A DNA stretch of 64,000 nucleotides from Isurus oxyrinchus (taxonomy: Eukaryota), in assembly GCA_026770705.1 (NCBI GenBank), contig JANJGN010000004.1, positions 62,930,001-62,994,000 of the forward strand, given 5' to 3'. Position 1 is the first letter of the stretch; every line of letters begins with the position of its first letter. Positions 45,671 to 59,903 of the stretch are shown piece by piece. Below the pieces are notes generated by a model. It was not told where the DNA came from and ran no database searches. It was given only the letters and a program-made list of their open reading frames with translations. Position numbers and translations under genes: made by a program.

Positions 45671-46442
45671 GATTGGAAACAGCAACCCAAGTAATAGCAA
45701 GCAGTGCAGATTAGATAGTGCAGCCCAATTAGTGGTCATTTTTTAAAAGGCACAAATTGTGGCCATAGCAACGTGGCTCTCTCAACACAAGTAGGGTTGT
45801 ACATGTGCTCCCCATTGCAAGTTTAGATGCCACATGGAGAAAAGCTACAAAAATGCTCAGATCCTGCACCCAGAAATAGGCTGTACTCAGTGTTGTAAAA
45901 ATGTATGCAAAGGTTTGAGATGTGAAGCATTTTAGGACATTGTAAGATATGTGAATATCAATGCTGATTTGTTCTAGTTCTATTTAAGATCTCAGCTATA
46001 GTATATTAAGCAGGAGTGCAACATGTTTGTGCCTTTATTTAGAAAGGAGCCCAAGTGACGTGTTTTTCAGGTGTTATATGCCATTTTCAGATTATTGTAA
46101 TCAAAATATTTTAAGTTTTTTTGTAGCTAAATATTAATAATTTTGCATAACATAAAAAAGTTTAAATATGGTTAGAATTTTTTTAAAAATCCGTTACACA
46201 GATCCTTATCTTTTCGAATAGCTCCCAGTAGCATTCAGTACATTTAATATGGTTTTGACATCTGCATACTGAATATAGATAATTTATATAAAATAAATTA
46301 AACGGTATCAATAAAAGCCTATTCATTGTGAAACCATCTTCCAGAACTCCTTCATTTAGCTCACTGGATTTGGACATGCATTTATTTTTTTGATTCCTTG
46401 CTGCTTTTGGAAAAAAGAACAATTGGAACTGCTTGAAATGTA

Positions 46443-46875
46443 GGGCAGAATTTTGCCTTTGTCGGGCAGACTCAGTGGGGGCGGTCAGGAAGCCGACTGC
46501 TGCCCATGATTGGGGCCGGACTGCGATTTCATGCTGGTGGGCCAATTAAGGCCCACCCAGCGTGAAACACGAGCAGCAGTGCTCAGCACTGCCTGTGTGG
46601 GTGGGGGAGGAGGGCGAGAAGGGAACTTCATGCATGTGTGCAAGTGAGTGCTTGAAAACAGAGCTGCCTCAGGGAGATGAGTTTTAAAAATTAGAAATAA
46701 AGATGTTAAAAATGTTATAAAAACATGTCCCTTCTCATGTGACTCTGTCACGAGTAGGGACATGGCATAAATTAAATTCAAAATTTTTTATTTGATGTTG
46801 AAAACCTCATCCCACTTGTGGGTGAGGTTTCCAAAAAAAATGCAAAGGCTGCTTGACGTTTTTGTCTGCCTCCCC
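46443..46875 (+). mobile_element. Non-autonomous DNA element remnant (Harbinger-like terminus)
   Basis: It starts abruptly with gggcagaattttgcc followed by a GC-rich subterminal segment. The second terminus was not identified. Confidence 0.4.
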
Positions 46876-47594
46876 ACTAAATGCTATGTTATCCACAGGA
46901 GTCAACAATCTCCTGCTCTGGATTCAAATGAGGCCTCAAGCCTTGCCAACCCAGCTGTTGAAGCCTAGGCAGCTCAGTCATTATATATTTTTATATGCCT
47001 TTTGTCTTTGAACTCTGTGGGCCTGGAGGTTTGGAAAGGGCTATTCTGAGTCCTGTTTTCTCATTGGTGAAAAAATCCTAAATCAGAACATCAAGGCATG
47101 GGAATACAAATTAAATTTTGTACGTAGCCCCTGAAGCTTTATACGACGTTTCTTCTTGTGTCCCATGAAGGCAAAATCTTGAACAGTTCTGCTCCACATT
47201 ACAGTAGGAATAAGAGTGTGCCAATCAGCCCCTTGAGTCTGTCCTTTTTTCCCCTGCCCCAACCCCCTCCACCACCCTTTAGTTGATTTGTATCTCAACT
47301 CCATTTACTTGCTTTTGCTCCATCTCCTTTGATAGCCTTACCCAACAAAAATCTATCTACCTATAGGGGGGACATTGAACCCTTAACCATGGTAAGCCAA
47401 ATATTCCCTTATCCAACAATTCAGATGCACAAACTTTGCAGATTATATAAATAATTAGTGCATCAGCAAAAATTCCCCTCAAATGTGCTATTAACTGTTT
47501 TTGTATACATCTTTTTCTCACTCTTGATCAATGTAGAGATCGGTTTTTAAAAAAACTCTTCATTTCTCAACTTTTGTTTTGCTGTACTTTATAG

Positions 47595-47751
47595 AATTTT
47601 GGACATTGCAAGAGCAATGGGTTTAAATATTGCAAAGAAAAAGGTGGATATTCCTGGCAGTACTGCAGAGGATCATAAAATAGCAACACTCTCATTACCA
47701 TTGGCTGTGCGAAGTAAACTTCAAGGTCGCAAAAGGAAGAAAACATTGTAA
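47595..47751 (+). CDS. POLR1E: POLR1E coding exon 12 (terminal)
   Basis: ttatag|ILDIARAMGLNIAKKKVDIPGSTAEDHKIATLSLPLAVRSKLQGRKRKKTL*. The twelve exons sum to 1251 nt, i.e. 416 aa plus stop. Confidence 0.96.
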
Positions 47752-48574
47752 ACAGAGACACATAGCCAAATGTCAAATCAGCTTTTGAGTCCACAAAGGC
47801 ATATGCATGAAGAATCTCCAACAAGAAGCACATTATCTGGTATGAAGAGTTGGCAAATACTTCAAATATGTTTTGAATAGGAGGACCCAGGTACCATGAC
47901 AGTGTGATTGAAATGTAATAGATATTTTGAACTATGAGTTAATAAGTGACTGTTAAGATATGTCTGTTTTCTTAATTAAACTTCAAAATACAGTCAGTAA
48001 CTTATTTGGAGTTGAATATTTGTCCAGTTTATCAGGCAATGCAAAGGTGGATCAGAATTTGTATAACTGGTCACTTTGCACACCTCCACAGGACATCACT
48101 TTGTATCATTTAGTTATAATTTCAGATCAAATTCTCGTGGCTGTACTGAAATACAGTTGCTCAGTGAAGTTTGGTAATACATTGCCATTGAATAAGGTAA
48201 GTTTTGATATTCTGGAGTTTTACTCAATTACTCTTGAGGCTTGTGGGGGAAATTTTCGATGCTTTTCCTTGGCATTCAAAAATGTTGGCCAGTTGTAAGG
48301 TTGATGTAGCTGACAGCCCATTCGCCTGCAGAAAAAATTACCTTCCTATACAACATTAATATTTCTTAAACGATTCCACAGCTTCTGCTTATCCATCCCG
48401 TTTCAGTGCTCCTAATTGAAGAATTAGTTTAAACCAATCCTTAGTTTGCCTATCAACAGTTTGACTCTCTGCCTCCTTATCCTACTGTATAATTTAAGTT
48501 AGAAAATATTCCAAAATGGTGTTAGCCAGGGCTATGGGGTAGTCATGCTCACCTTTGTTGAAGGTTCACTCGAG

Positions 48575-48730
48575 AAACTTAAGCACATAATCCAGGTTGA
48601 TATTTCAGTGCAGTACTGCGGAGGTGCTGCACTCTTGGAAGATTCCATCTTTCACATGAAACATTAAAACGAGGCCCTATTTGCTCTCTAAGGTGGACAT
48701 AAAAAATACCATGGCACTTAATTCAAATAA
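48575..48730 (+). mobile_element. Deu-domain SINE fragment
   Basis: cagtgcagtactgcggaggtgctgcac...ccatctttcacatgaaacattaaaacgaggccc. Confidence 0.6.
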
Positions 48731-51700
48731 AGGAGCATAATCAGCTGTTCTTCTTGCATTTTCCAGCAGCAGTTACTGAATAGTTTGATCATCAGCTGCT
48801 TGTCACATGCAGAACTTGTGTTTTGGAGAAATTATTAATTTAAACTACAAATGTGGCATATCTTATGCTGTGTTTTATGCCTTATGTTTTTAAGATCCTT
48901 TGATAAATATTGTCAAGATGAAAACTTTCTTAATCAACTGTGAAGTGCTTTGGGATGTCCTGAGGATGCAAAAAATGCTGTATAAATGCATCCCAAGAAA
49001 AAAAAACCTTTTTAGTTACGTTCATTTGAATTGCATGTATAAAAGAATTGACAGTTTGGATAATATAGTCTCTTAAAATCAAGACATCCCAAAGCACTTC
49101 GGGATGACTTGACCAACAGTCACTCGTTACATAGGTAAATATATCAGCTGATATGCATATAATGAATGAAAGAAAAATCTGTTTTTATATGAAGTTAATT
49201 CAATAGTTGTAACATTTAGTTTAATGTATCCAATCGATAGCAAATGGCACTCTTCAATTTTGATATCACAGGAACAGAAATTTTACAGCGGGTAGCATCT
49301 TGCCAACTGCCTCTCACCAACAGTTCAAAAAGTGGTTTGGTAAAGCAGGCTGCAGGTTTTTTATGATTTTGAAATGTTGGGAAATTCAGTACAATACACT
49401 TTCACTTTAAGATACTATGGCAAGGATCAAGAGTTCCTTGGGAGCCATTCTAAACCAGCTTAACCAAAAAGTTTCCTTATACAGATAAGCGAAAGTTATA
49501 AATTAAACAAATCTTCTATTAACATAGTGAACAGAGATCAGTGTTATTGGGATATAGATGGAATCTGGAAGGAGCAGGCATGATTCTTTATCCTACCAGA
49601 CTTTTTGCTGGGTGTATGCTAACATCAATTTGGATCATAGAATCCTGCAGCACAGAAGGCTATTCGCCCAATTGTGCTTGTGTGGCTCAATGAGCTATTT
49701 AATTAGACCAGCACTCCTTTCTCCATAGTGCTGCATTTTTCTCTTTTGTTATGTTAATGCATTTCAGACCATGAATTTGTGTCCTATGGTCACTACGAGT
49801 AGAAACAGTTTCTCCATATTTACTCTATCAAACCCCTTCGTCTAAAGCAGAGGTGCTCAAATTTTTGAACGTAAATCAGTATTGCAGCTTTTCCTCTTGT
49901 AGTACTACTTTATCTCAACAGATGGTGGTCAGGTTGAGAATGAGGTTCAGACGGAAACTTTGGGGTTGAAAGCATTGTTATGCTGTCTCTGTGTTCAGTA
50001 ATCGAGATGTTGAATACCACAAGGCTTATGTGTATTATGGTGAGGTTTTGGCAGGGGGGGTAGAATCATTAGCTTTACTTGTCCTTACTAGGCTCCCAAA
50101 ATAATTGTATTCTCCTTTACTGCACTACTCCATACTTTGTGGGTTGGCTTGAAATTAGCAGGTACCCAAATGCCTTTAAATACATTTATTTTATGTATGT
50201 GCATTTTAAAAAATTATTTGAGACTGGAAGTTCCTTTCCCAGATTGCTGCAATGTATTTATGTAGGCATAACCATTCTTCGAGAGAGAGAATGGGCAGAG
50301 GGGTGAGCAACATCAGAGGCATGAAGAAAAGCATTTGGGTATATTGAGCACAAGGGAACACATTAGACAGATTATAGGTAATCTGGCAGAACAGATTGCC
50401 TACCTGTTGATTTCAGTGCATTGAAGATCAATATTCTCTACCAGATAATCTGTAGTTCTGATACTGGGTAACTAATGTTCTATTCCTTGATGCTGTTACT
50501 CTCACTTTGATTAGTGCAATCTGTAATAAATTCAGTACATGCAGCACTGTTTTTTATTGAAAACTCCTTATTACTCCCAGGTTGTGGAGTGCTAATTTTT
50601 TTTCCAATGTTAAAAGGCGTCACACATGTTGGCTGCTATTTTATCATCCTGAAATCAGGTTACTACAAATTACTTGATGTTTTCTAAGTATTTTTCTCAG
50701 TAACTGAAATTTCAAAAGAGCAAAATAAGAATGCAAAATTTTTTTAACAATATATATTTTAAAACATGATTAAATTAATTCATTGAATTATTTTTTATTA
50801 AAATCTTTACTTGAAGACCTTACTCTTTCTATAAAGGCTTGGACTTAATCCAAATTCAGCGGTGGCAAAAAAATCATGTAATCTGAGCATGTACATTTTA
50901 TCAAAATACCTTGGATGCATAAGTACAATTCAGTAGATTTTCATCAAATCATTTTGAGAAACATTTCGAAATCATTATGTTCTCAATTTAATTGTAAAGG
51001 GGCAGTAGGAAACAAATGATAAAATTGATCTGTTGTAGTTTTTATTTTGGAATACCAAACTTAGGGTGCATTAAGCTGAAGGGGAGGGAGAGAGTTGATG
51101 TTAATTTGGTTTTCAAAATTGAATAGTGGTTGAATTTTGAAGTCTACTAATTATTTAAAACCCTAAAACATCTGCTGCTGTGAGGGATACAAAGATAGAC
51201 AAAGGTTATTTCTGGAGGGAAATGGAGGTGGAGAATAACTTTACTGATAAGATTTTAATTAGTTTTCCATCCAGATTTTTGTCCTGTGCACCTGCAGGAC
51301 CAGACTGAGCACTAACTGAAGGTCCCTCTTCACTTTCACTGCGTTATGTAAGTGACTATTTATCTGTTGTTAGTGGGTTAATCTTCCTCCAGTGGCATCA
51401 CAGCTAAACTCGATGCATCCTTGCCCCAGATAATAGCATTTTTTTAATGGGGGTGAGAAGCAGCTGGACATGTTTTATCACATGTAGACCATGCCTAGTT
51501 GCTGTTATCCCCACACCATCTTCTGGTAATGTAGTTTGCAGGGTAAATATTTGCTAGGATACTAGGATAACTATGTCAAAAGTGCCGGAGGTTCTTAGTT
51601 ACAGATTGTAGGTTTTCACAATCGTTTTTAATTTCTTACTCATGAAGTGCAGAATATGAACTGTCACAGCTGAAGTGGTGCAAGCTACAGAATCACTACA

Positions 51701-53246
51701 GTACACATGATTCAACTATTCATATTTACTTGTTTTTGCATCTACTTGCTTCAGTCATAGCACTCCTCTTAATTGGTTCAAGTTCCACACCAAAGACCTG
51801 AAAACATAATCAAGGCTGACACTTCACTGAAGTTTTCCCAATATCCTGGCCAACACCCGTATCACTAAAAAATGTAATTAGTTTATCTGTGGCCCAATTT
51901 CAGTGCAAAATTGGTTGCCCTCTCTGCTTACATAACCACAATGTCTACAAAAAGTAATTCGCTGGCTAAAAATTTTTAATGCTGACGAAGAGATATGTTA
52001 GAAAAATGAGTTTTTTTTTGTATTGAAATATAATATGGTTAGAGATCCCATGGCTTAAATTGAATTTATGTTTACAAATTGCCTCAGAGGCATCATGTGA
52101 GGTGGGACTAGAAAAAAATATTTTTCATTATAAGCCAACAGGGAAATGAACAGCAATAGTATCTTGATGACCTGTCAATCTGCACGAAGGCTTGGGAGAA
52201 TTATTTAATTTAATAACAAACCTAGAAATTGAAAAGCTCACTCCATATATAACCAATTTTAACCATTGTATCTGAAGAAAAACCAAATTGAATATTGTGT
52301 AAAATAAATACACAATTCAGCCTCTGTTGGGACTCAAATGGCCTGTGCTGGCTTGGTTTCTTTTTGAAGTGCCCCTGTCGTTTGAATGTTACTCTTAGGC
52401 TTCTAAATTTTCAATAGTTGTTTTTATTTTCCCAGCTCATCCTTTTTATGTTAACACAATCATACAATCAACTGAGGGCTATATAGAGAAAAGGTTGTCA
52501 CTGCTTGTGTGAGCTAGCCGTTCACATTCTGACTCAAGTATCCCCCTTTGGAGTCATCCAACCAGGAGAAGTGATGAGACATGATCACAATGCAGACAGA
52601 ACTCAAAGCAAACACTTCCCCCACCACCTGTAACTTCAGTAGAAGAGCTACAGTAACTCTTCCTGTTCTTCAATGATAAAGCCCACACCATGATGCGAAA
52701 TGTTCTTTTACTCTTGAAGATAAAGCTTTAGGAGGAACTCATTACTGGTCCACAAAGAAAATGAATTACACTGTAGCTTCTCAAATAGGTGAAATTCCAT
52801 TCATAACCATCACTCTTTGAAGTGCTAGGAGAAATCTTACTTCTGTGTAGATGTCAGCTCAGAAAACATTCAGGTTCAGATTTGCATGGATACAAAAAAT
52901 AAAAATAAAAGTTGTCCCTTGTTACATTGCAGCTTGAAGTCAAAATACATGGATAAGATTGGCAGCTGTTAATAATGCAGACTGTAGTACGAAACTAGGA
53001 ACTTTAATAAGCAGGTCTACGCTTCTATTAGAGGGTTGCACCATGTTATTAAACTCCAAATGGAGGTTGCCAACAACTGTGGCATTTGTTTGATTATATT
53101 ATGTTCGAAGATAACCTGTAAGGAAGTGAATTAACAAAAGGCATGCCCCAAGTTTCTTTTCTGTTACTGAAAACACATTTGATACAGGAATTGAGACATT
53201 AAATTGTTTTAGTGGCACATTCTGTACCAATGCTGATTTTAATTCA

Positions 53247-53424
53247 TTAAAGTATGGAACAGAAAATGCTGCCATTATCATGGCAGCCCCCTTCGACCCT
53301 TGCAGCTATTCGAGTTGTCATGGATGCAACTCTTTGACGAGTCTGAACCATGGAGGTGGCTCGATTTGATCCATCGACAAGTGGCCTTGCTGGAGGATTG
53401 TCCAGTTTCCAGGCTATGCCAGAT
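53247..53424 (-). CDS. FBXO10: FBXO10 terminal coding exon
   Basis: ttgcag|SGIAWKLDNPPARPLVDGS...AARVEGGCHDNGSIFCSIL*. The human protein, as I recall it, ends ..ARVEGGYHSNRSVFCTIL. Confidence 0.9.
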
Positions 53425-55468
53425 CTGCAAGAACTAACAGAGAAATGTTCCATCAGGGACATAAAATGAGAAATATTGTTTACAGGTTTCACTTGTCATG
53501 GAACATAAGCAGCTAATTATGTAGGTCACTTTTACATTAATTTTTCATCAGACTATTGTAATGGAGAGTTATTGAAGCAATCAAATTTGATAAACCATCC
53601 AAGAAACAAGATGAAAGATGGTCCCCTATTTCCCTCAGTCATACCTGAGGGGAATCATTTCAAGACCACATCAAGAACCTTACAATGTTGTGCCAGACAG
53701 GGAGTGGAGCAATTAGTAATACCAATGGAAAATGATTAAATATAGGTGACTCATCATGGCAAGCGTTCCAAAATAATTGCAGGACTGCATATACACCATC
53801 CAAATCATATTAGCACCCAGTATTAGTATGCAAACTGCACATAGTCAGTTTGATGTCACAACAGTGGACACCAACACTGAGCATGTTTAATGTCCTCTAT
53901 CAGTAGATAACATTAGTTGTGGAAGCTCAAAATCCTCCTATCATATGGAATACCATCCTACTGGGTGGTATTATGATGATCATTGCCACAGAAGAAGTGT
54001 TCACCTCACAGCCTGTCACACTACTAATCAACCTGCAAATCCTTCTACTAAGGAAAGAATGTGAAGAAAATAGCAAATAATTTTTTTGTTACAAGGAGGG
54101 CTATGTCAATACAGACTCAGATGTGTCTTATTGATTTCCCACTTTTAAAAAGACTAACTACAGTACTAATAAGTAAATACCATTTTGAATCCTTTAAACC
54201 CTCAATGGAAACCATGGACATAATCTAAACAAAGCATCTCCTCATCCACACAAAATTAGCTTAAAATAGTCTTCAAATTCCATCTGGATGACACTTCCCA
54301 GAATTTAAAAGAATTGTGTACAATACATTTATGTCTTTATTCAAATTTGCTTTTTTTCATTTTATCTGAAGGAGCCTTGTCAATGGGTTAGGAAGATAAA
54401 CCATTAGCTTTAGAAATAGCTTGCCCATCGGAATCAGGTGGTGCTGGTGCTACATGGATATCAAAAGTAAACTGGAGTAAATAAATTGTGATTCAGAGAT
54501 TTTCTTTCTACTCAGAACGAAATTGTTCTCTTTGTATTCCCATTTTTTTAGGTTTTTCCTATCTTGTAGCACAGCAGCTGGTTATTAAAAGGTAAATTCA
54601 CCAACTCCACACACAGCAGGATACTGAACTCATTGGGAGAATTGGTTTCACAATGTTCTAGGCCATCCCCAAAACTTGTCACCTATGAGTGGAGGTTGCT
54701 GCAGGGAGTTTTGAATTGATGACCTTACCCAGCTACCAAGCCCTTAAATTGAGCCCATACTTGCTCTGCGATCCATTTGACAAGTCTCACTGAAATTCAG
54801 TGTGTACAACACCTTTCCACTCTCAACACTGACTCAATCCCAATTTCATTATTTGAGACCTGCCTCAGAGTTCAGTAAGCTATAGGCAGACTGGGTTGAA
54901 CGGTGGCCAGCATATGCATCTTCACTAGTGTATTAATGCTAAGAGAGAGTTTAATAACTTTAAACTTCTAATATAGAATAACACGCACCAATTCCTGAAG
55001 CTTTCCCAATGGTCCCAGGAGATGGAAATACACTGCTGGTGCATCACAAAGATCCTATGCCTGATCCCAGGGCTGTACTGAATTAGGCTTGCCACAGTTG
55101 CTGTTATGAGGCTTTTTTATTACTTCAATTAGAAAAGGCATTCACAAAGTTAAAAGCAGGTCAAGTAATAGAATTCTGAAGGTTCATTTCATACGTATCA
55201 ATCCTACAATGCGAGTACCGTACATTTTTTTAAAAAATGGAGCTGAAATTCACAGGTTGATTAAGTGGAATTCCAACACATGAGCTATCCCTCCCCCTTA
55301 CCAAACCAGAAGCTCTAAGACACAAAGTCCCAGCCTGAGAAAATGCGGAGCAGAGAGAGAAAATAAACAGATAGGGAAAATGACCACAGAGCGGGTGGCC
55401 ATGTGACCCATGACATCTTTACCTAAGGGAAATTTTACCAAAAATAACTTACAAAGAACAGAACTTAC

Positions 55469-55650
55469 TTTTTGCTGCAGGCTAAAATTTCATTACTTTG
55501 CACAGTACATCTTTCTGGGTTTTCCGTTTTTTCTAAAATGGTCTTCCCTACTTTTCCTCGGAAGATTTGATTTTCTTGCACTGCTCCCTTAGCTTGGTCC
55601 AAGATTGCAATCCCATAGTCGTGAAGAGATTGGATTCTGTTTTTTGTCAC
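55469..55650 (-). CDS. FBXO10: FBXO10 penultimate coding exon
   Basis: cttcag|VTKNRIQSLHDYGIAILDQAKGAVQENQIFRG...NEILACSK(K)|gtaagt. The phases are consistent. Confidence 0.9.
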
Positions 55651-55907
55651 CTGAAGCAAAGCATATCTAAGCATTATGTCATGGACCCATCCTATCAGTA
55701 CATAAGTCATCTCCTATAGTAAAAAGAAACCTCAGGGTATTTTAACATTGACAAGTAATACAGCCAAAGTAGGCAAGATGGGTAGATGGAGGCATATTCT
55801 GGATTACACTCTAGATGCAAAATATTGCAACTGTATGTTCATAGAAAATAATGGTCTGGCCCTCAAAGGTCGCTAAAGACTATTTAAAATTTTGATACAG
55901 AACCCAC

Positions 55908-56218
55908 CTTCATATCTGCATTCTCGAGAAGCTGCAGACCACATCCGTGATTTCCCAGGATGTCATTCTCCAAGACAGTCCCTTCTCCCTTTGAGGTGAC
56001 ACCATGGCTGCTGTTGTCATAGATACCATTCCCCCGAAGTTCAACTTTGCATCCTGCTTCTACAAGAACTCCACCTACACTGTTGCAGGTGATGCTGTTG
56101 TTTGTGATGTGGGTAAATTGACTGCTCTGATAAACTGCAATCCCATTGTCATGATTGGCATGGACTGCGTTGGCTATTATGTTGAGTGTCTCACTGCTCT
56201 TTATGTACAGTCCAGCAG
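55908..56218 (-). CDS. FBXO10: FBXO10 internal exon (PbH1/beta-helix repeats)
   Basis: caccag|(A)AGLYIKSSETLNIIANAVHANHDNGIAV...VELRGNGIYDNSSHGV...GLQLLENADMK|gtgggt. Confidence 0.92.
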
Positions 56219-57782
56219 CTGGTGAGAAGAAATTAGAGGAAATATAAAGAATATCAGCCAGCACATGAAACTGCAGTAATAATGCACAGATTGGAACAGC
56301 AAAAGAGTAACTGGGTGAATAAACAATAAACCTTTCTATAACCAATTTGCGTTATGGTTGAATTTTTGTCTAAATGAACTGATAATTCCAATTATGCCAT
56401 TTTGGGAGCACCGTTACCACAAGAACTGTGGCAGTTAAGGGGAAGGCAACAAGACATGGGCAATAAATATGGTCTGGTCAGCATCACCCACAGGAACAGG
56501 AGAAAGCTTGTTTTGCCATTCTATCAGATTATGGCTGATCTGTACCTCAACTTCATTACCTGTCTTTGATCCAAATCCCTTGATAACCTTACCAAAAAAC
56601 ATTTCATCTCAGTCTTAACAATTTCAATTGACACTACCTTTCAGGAAAAGAGTATCAGATTTCCACTACACTTCATGCTAAGCGCACCAAGAACAAAACA
56701 AAAGCCTGAACAATATGCTACTGGGACAGGTTAATGGAGGGAGAATGTATTATTTCACATTGATAATGTGACAATGATACACCTAGCCTTTAAAGCAGAT
56801 TGCTTGAAAAGTAACAACCCAGACTGCCAATCCTAGTGATGTTTTCTATTACTATCACTATGTAGTCCCCTGCATACTTTCAGCCTTGGCAAAAGCTATT
56901 AATTGTTGAGATGACACTTTTTAAAACCATCCAGAATTTTGAAGAGTAATACGGACTCAAAATATTAACTCTTTGTCTTTCTCTCCACAGATGCTGTTGG
57001 ACCTGAGTTTTTTCAGCATTTTCTGTCATGTCTGTTGTGAATCTTTCATTTAACTATCACTATGGGGGATGGGAAAAAGGGATATTCCAACTTTGGCAGG
57101 GAATCAAAATAAAGACAGGAGCAGATCAGCCTCCCACTCCACCCAAAGGAAAGGATAATTAGATGGAGTGTATAATGAACAATTGATCTACCACCACCTG
57201 TTTTGCACCCCCACTGAATTACACCAGTAGGTGAAAATTGCCCCACAGTGTGCTTTGCATGGTATGATGCCCCTACCCTTATACCTTAGCCCATCTTCCA
57301 ATATACATTGAGCAACAATTGGGAGATTTGCTTGTGGCTAAAAAAAAAACACTTCATCAGAGGCACCTCTTCATTTAGAAAAAAAATTGAAGCCAAAGAA
57401 GAAACGGAGGTTTAATTGAATGTGAAAGCAGACCTTGAATTAACAGCACACAAAGTGGTAATTCAGCCCAACAGGGGTCTTTGTCAAGTTTAAACTCCAC
57501 AGGAGCCTCTGCCCACCTTCAACATTAGGAATGTTCTCACCAAGTTTACGAGTTTCTATTAGAATAAAGATAATAGTTTTATTTCTAATAACTACTACTT
57601 TCACTTTCATTATATATTCTCCATCAGCCAAACTGTGATTTTGTTTTTAAATTAAATTATCCTACCCTAGCTTTGTGATCAAATGTCTGAAGACATTTAA
57701 TACTTAGCCATTGAAATCAACTAGTCACATGTTTCTGGCAAGCTACAAACGCTAGTTGCTATAACTCCAATTCCCCACTTAC

Positions 57783-58058
57783 CGCCATTGTGATTGATGT
57801 TGTTAAACTCAATCAGTGCCACGGTGATTGGCTTGTGTGACGTGTATCTCTCCTCGTCACTGTCAAAGTCATTTTCCCAATTGATGATCTCCCCTTCATC
57901 ATTGAAATTCTCATTGCCTCTTTGGTTGTTGAGGTAGTCATTTGCGTCATCTTTACGACAGAAGACAGCCACTCCATAGATATTGTTGCGGCTGATCTGA
58001 TTATTGGCAATGTGGGGTAGACTAGAGGACATGACCCATACCCCACAACCCTTGTTAC
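57783..58058 (-). CDS. FBXO10: FBXO10 internal exon
   Basis: gtgcag|(G)NKGCGVWVMSSSLPHIANNQISRNNIYGVAVFCRKD...ITVALIEFNNINHNG|gtaagt. Upstream exons lie beyond the window. Confidence 0.92.
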
Positions 58059-58162
58059 CTGCACAAACATTTACCAACAAAATTAATTTCTTAATTTGAG
58101 ATTCAGAAAACAAAGAACAACTTTATTTGAGATGCATTTGTCCTTTCAGACTTCTTGCTTTT

Positions 58163-58185
58163 TCTCTCTCTCTCTCTCTCTCTCT
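58163..58185. repeat. (TC)n microsatellite
   Basis: About 11 TC units, directly visible. Confidence 0.9.
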
Positions 58186-58946
58186 GGAAGTGTGTAATAC
58201 AAAGAGGTGTACAATTCCATCAGTAACCCCACCCTAAGACTGTAGTAGCTGATCTTGACATAGGAGATTAGGTAGTGAGTACTGCCGCACAATTACAGAA
58301 TCTGACCTCATTTGCACAGATATGGCCTTCCCAACTGCCATTTGCTGACAGCAGCTCCCTTGGTCCTGACTGGAAATGGAATCCAAGACCATTCTGGCCA
58401 CTGTGGTGAGGGGGATTGGAACAGGGATTTTTAATCCTGCTTACTCATTGTAAGTAAAGAAAGCAAGTAAAGCAGCACCTTTACAGGGCAATTGAAGTAT
58501 GGCTGACTGACAGGATGTTAACGTGACTAATACAGAATGAAACAGGAATGGACTTTTTATATGATGCACTAAAACTACAACTTCTGCAGGATTTTTAGAT
58601 ATCAGTCCCTTTACTGGGATGTATGCAAGTCTCTTAAGAAACCTCTACTGTAATTACATCAAGTTTACAGCACAACAACTAGCCATTTAGCCAGCCATAC
58701 TAAACTATGCCAGCCTTTTTATCCACACAAACCTCCTTCCCCTCTTTGCCTAACTCTAACAGCATATCTTACTATTCATAGGAACAGCAGGAGACTACTT
58801 AGTCTCTCAAGGCTGTTCCACCATTATTCAATGAGATCATGGCTGATCTGGGACCTAGCTTCATATACCTGCTTTTGCCCCTGATACCTTTGGTTTGACA
58901 AAAATCGATCAATCTCAGATTTAAAATTAATAATTAATCTACCAAC

Positions 58947-59903
58947 TGTTATGACCACAGCCGTGTTTCCCAGAGGGAAACTTGGTTTGCCGACCATAAC
59001 CTTTCTTTGTATTCTGAAATCGAGAAGATGACGTACCGATCTCAACAGTAAGAGGTCCAGTAACACTTTTGGGATTTTAAAAATTAAAAGTAGAAGTTTT
59101 ATTAACAAAAATAAATGAAAACTTAAGTGCGTAAAATTACAGTTACACAATTAAGGTTAGTCTTACAAAACATTCCCACAAAAAGACTCTACTTGAACAA
59201 GTAGATACCTCAAGGTAACACTCCCTTATAGATATTAACTATAAAGAAATCCATAACATTACATAAGGCAAACTGCTGTAGCTTTAATAAAGGCATACCA
59301 CAAGACCTCTATCTTCTTCCACTCTTCAGTGGAATCCACTTTAGAATAAAACTGCTTGTTGCAGCTCAAGACTTTTCTAGCTTGACTGGATGGTTGATTC
59401 AAACCGCGTCCTCTCCCAGCCCAGAGCTCCAGCTATATCCCAACAGCTCAAGCAGCCCTGCTATCTCTCCACAGCAACACTAAAATACATTTTTCCCCTT
59501 TCATCTCTGGTTCCATTGTTCTCGCACCTCTTTGAAACGCAAATCCTTCCAAAATATAAAATCCTTTGTCTCCATCTTGTCTTTGCTTTCAGGTCGAAAT
59601 ATAATAATCCCATTACTATTTACCAATGGAACTCATGCAAAATACAAACACGTTTCTTTTCACCTCTGACTCCCCTTTGATATTGAAACAAACTCTCAAC
59701 TTAATCTAAAAATGCAAATGTTAGACCTATTTACTTGTAACTCAAACTTAACACCTCTATCCTTTTCATGGCTCAACGCCACTGCCCCCAGACAACCTGA
59801 CTCCTATCAATCTCTTGACCAGCTTAATTAAATCATACAAATACATACACACAGAATAACACATTTCCCAAAAATATTTTAAAAAATAACATCCATTCTC
59901 ACA
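58947..59903 (-). mobile_element. Solo LTR (957 bp) with 5-bp TSD
   Basis: It starts with TGTTATG and ends with CTCACA, flanked by ccaac at 58942-58946 and 59904-59908. It interrupts an older CR1 3' region. Orientation is inferred from tttatt near 59098. Confidence 0.75.
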
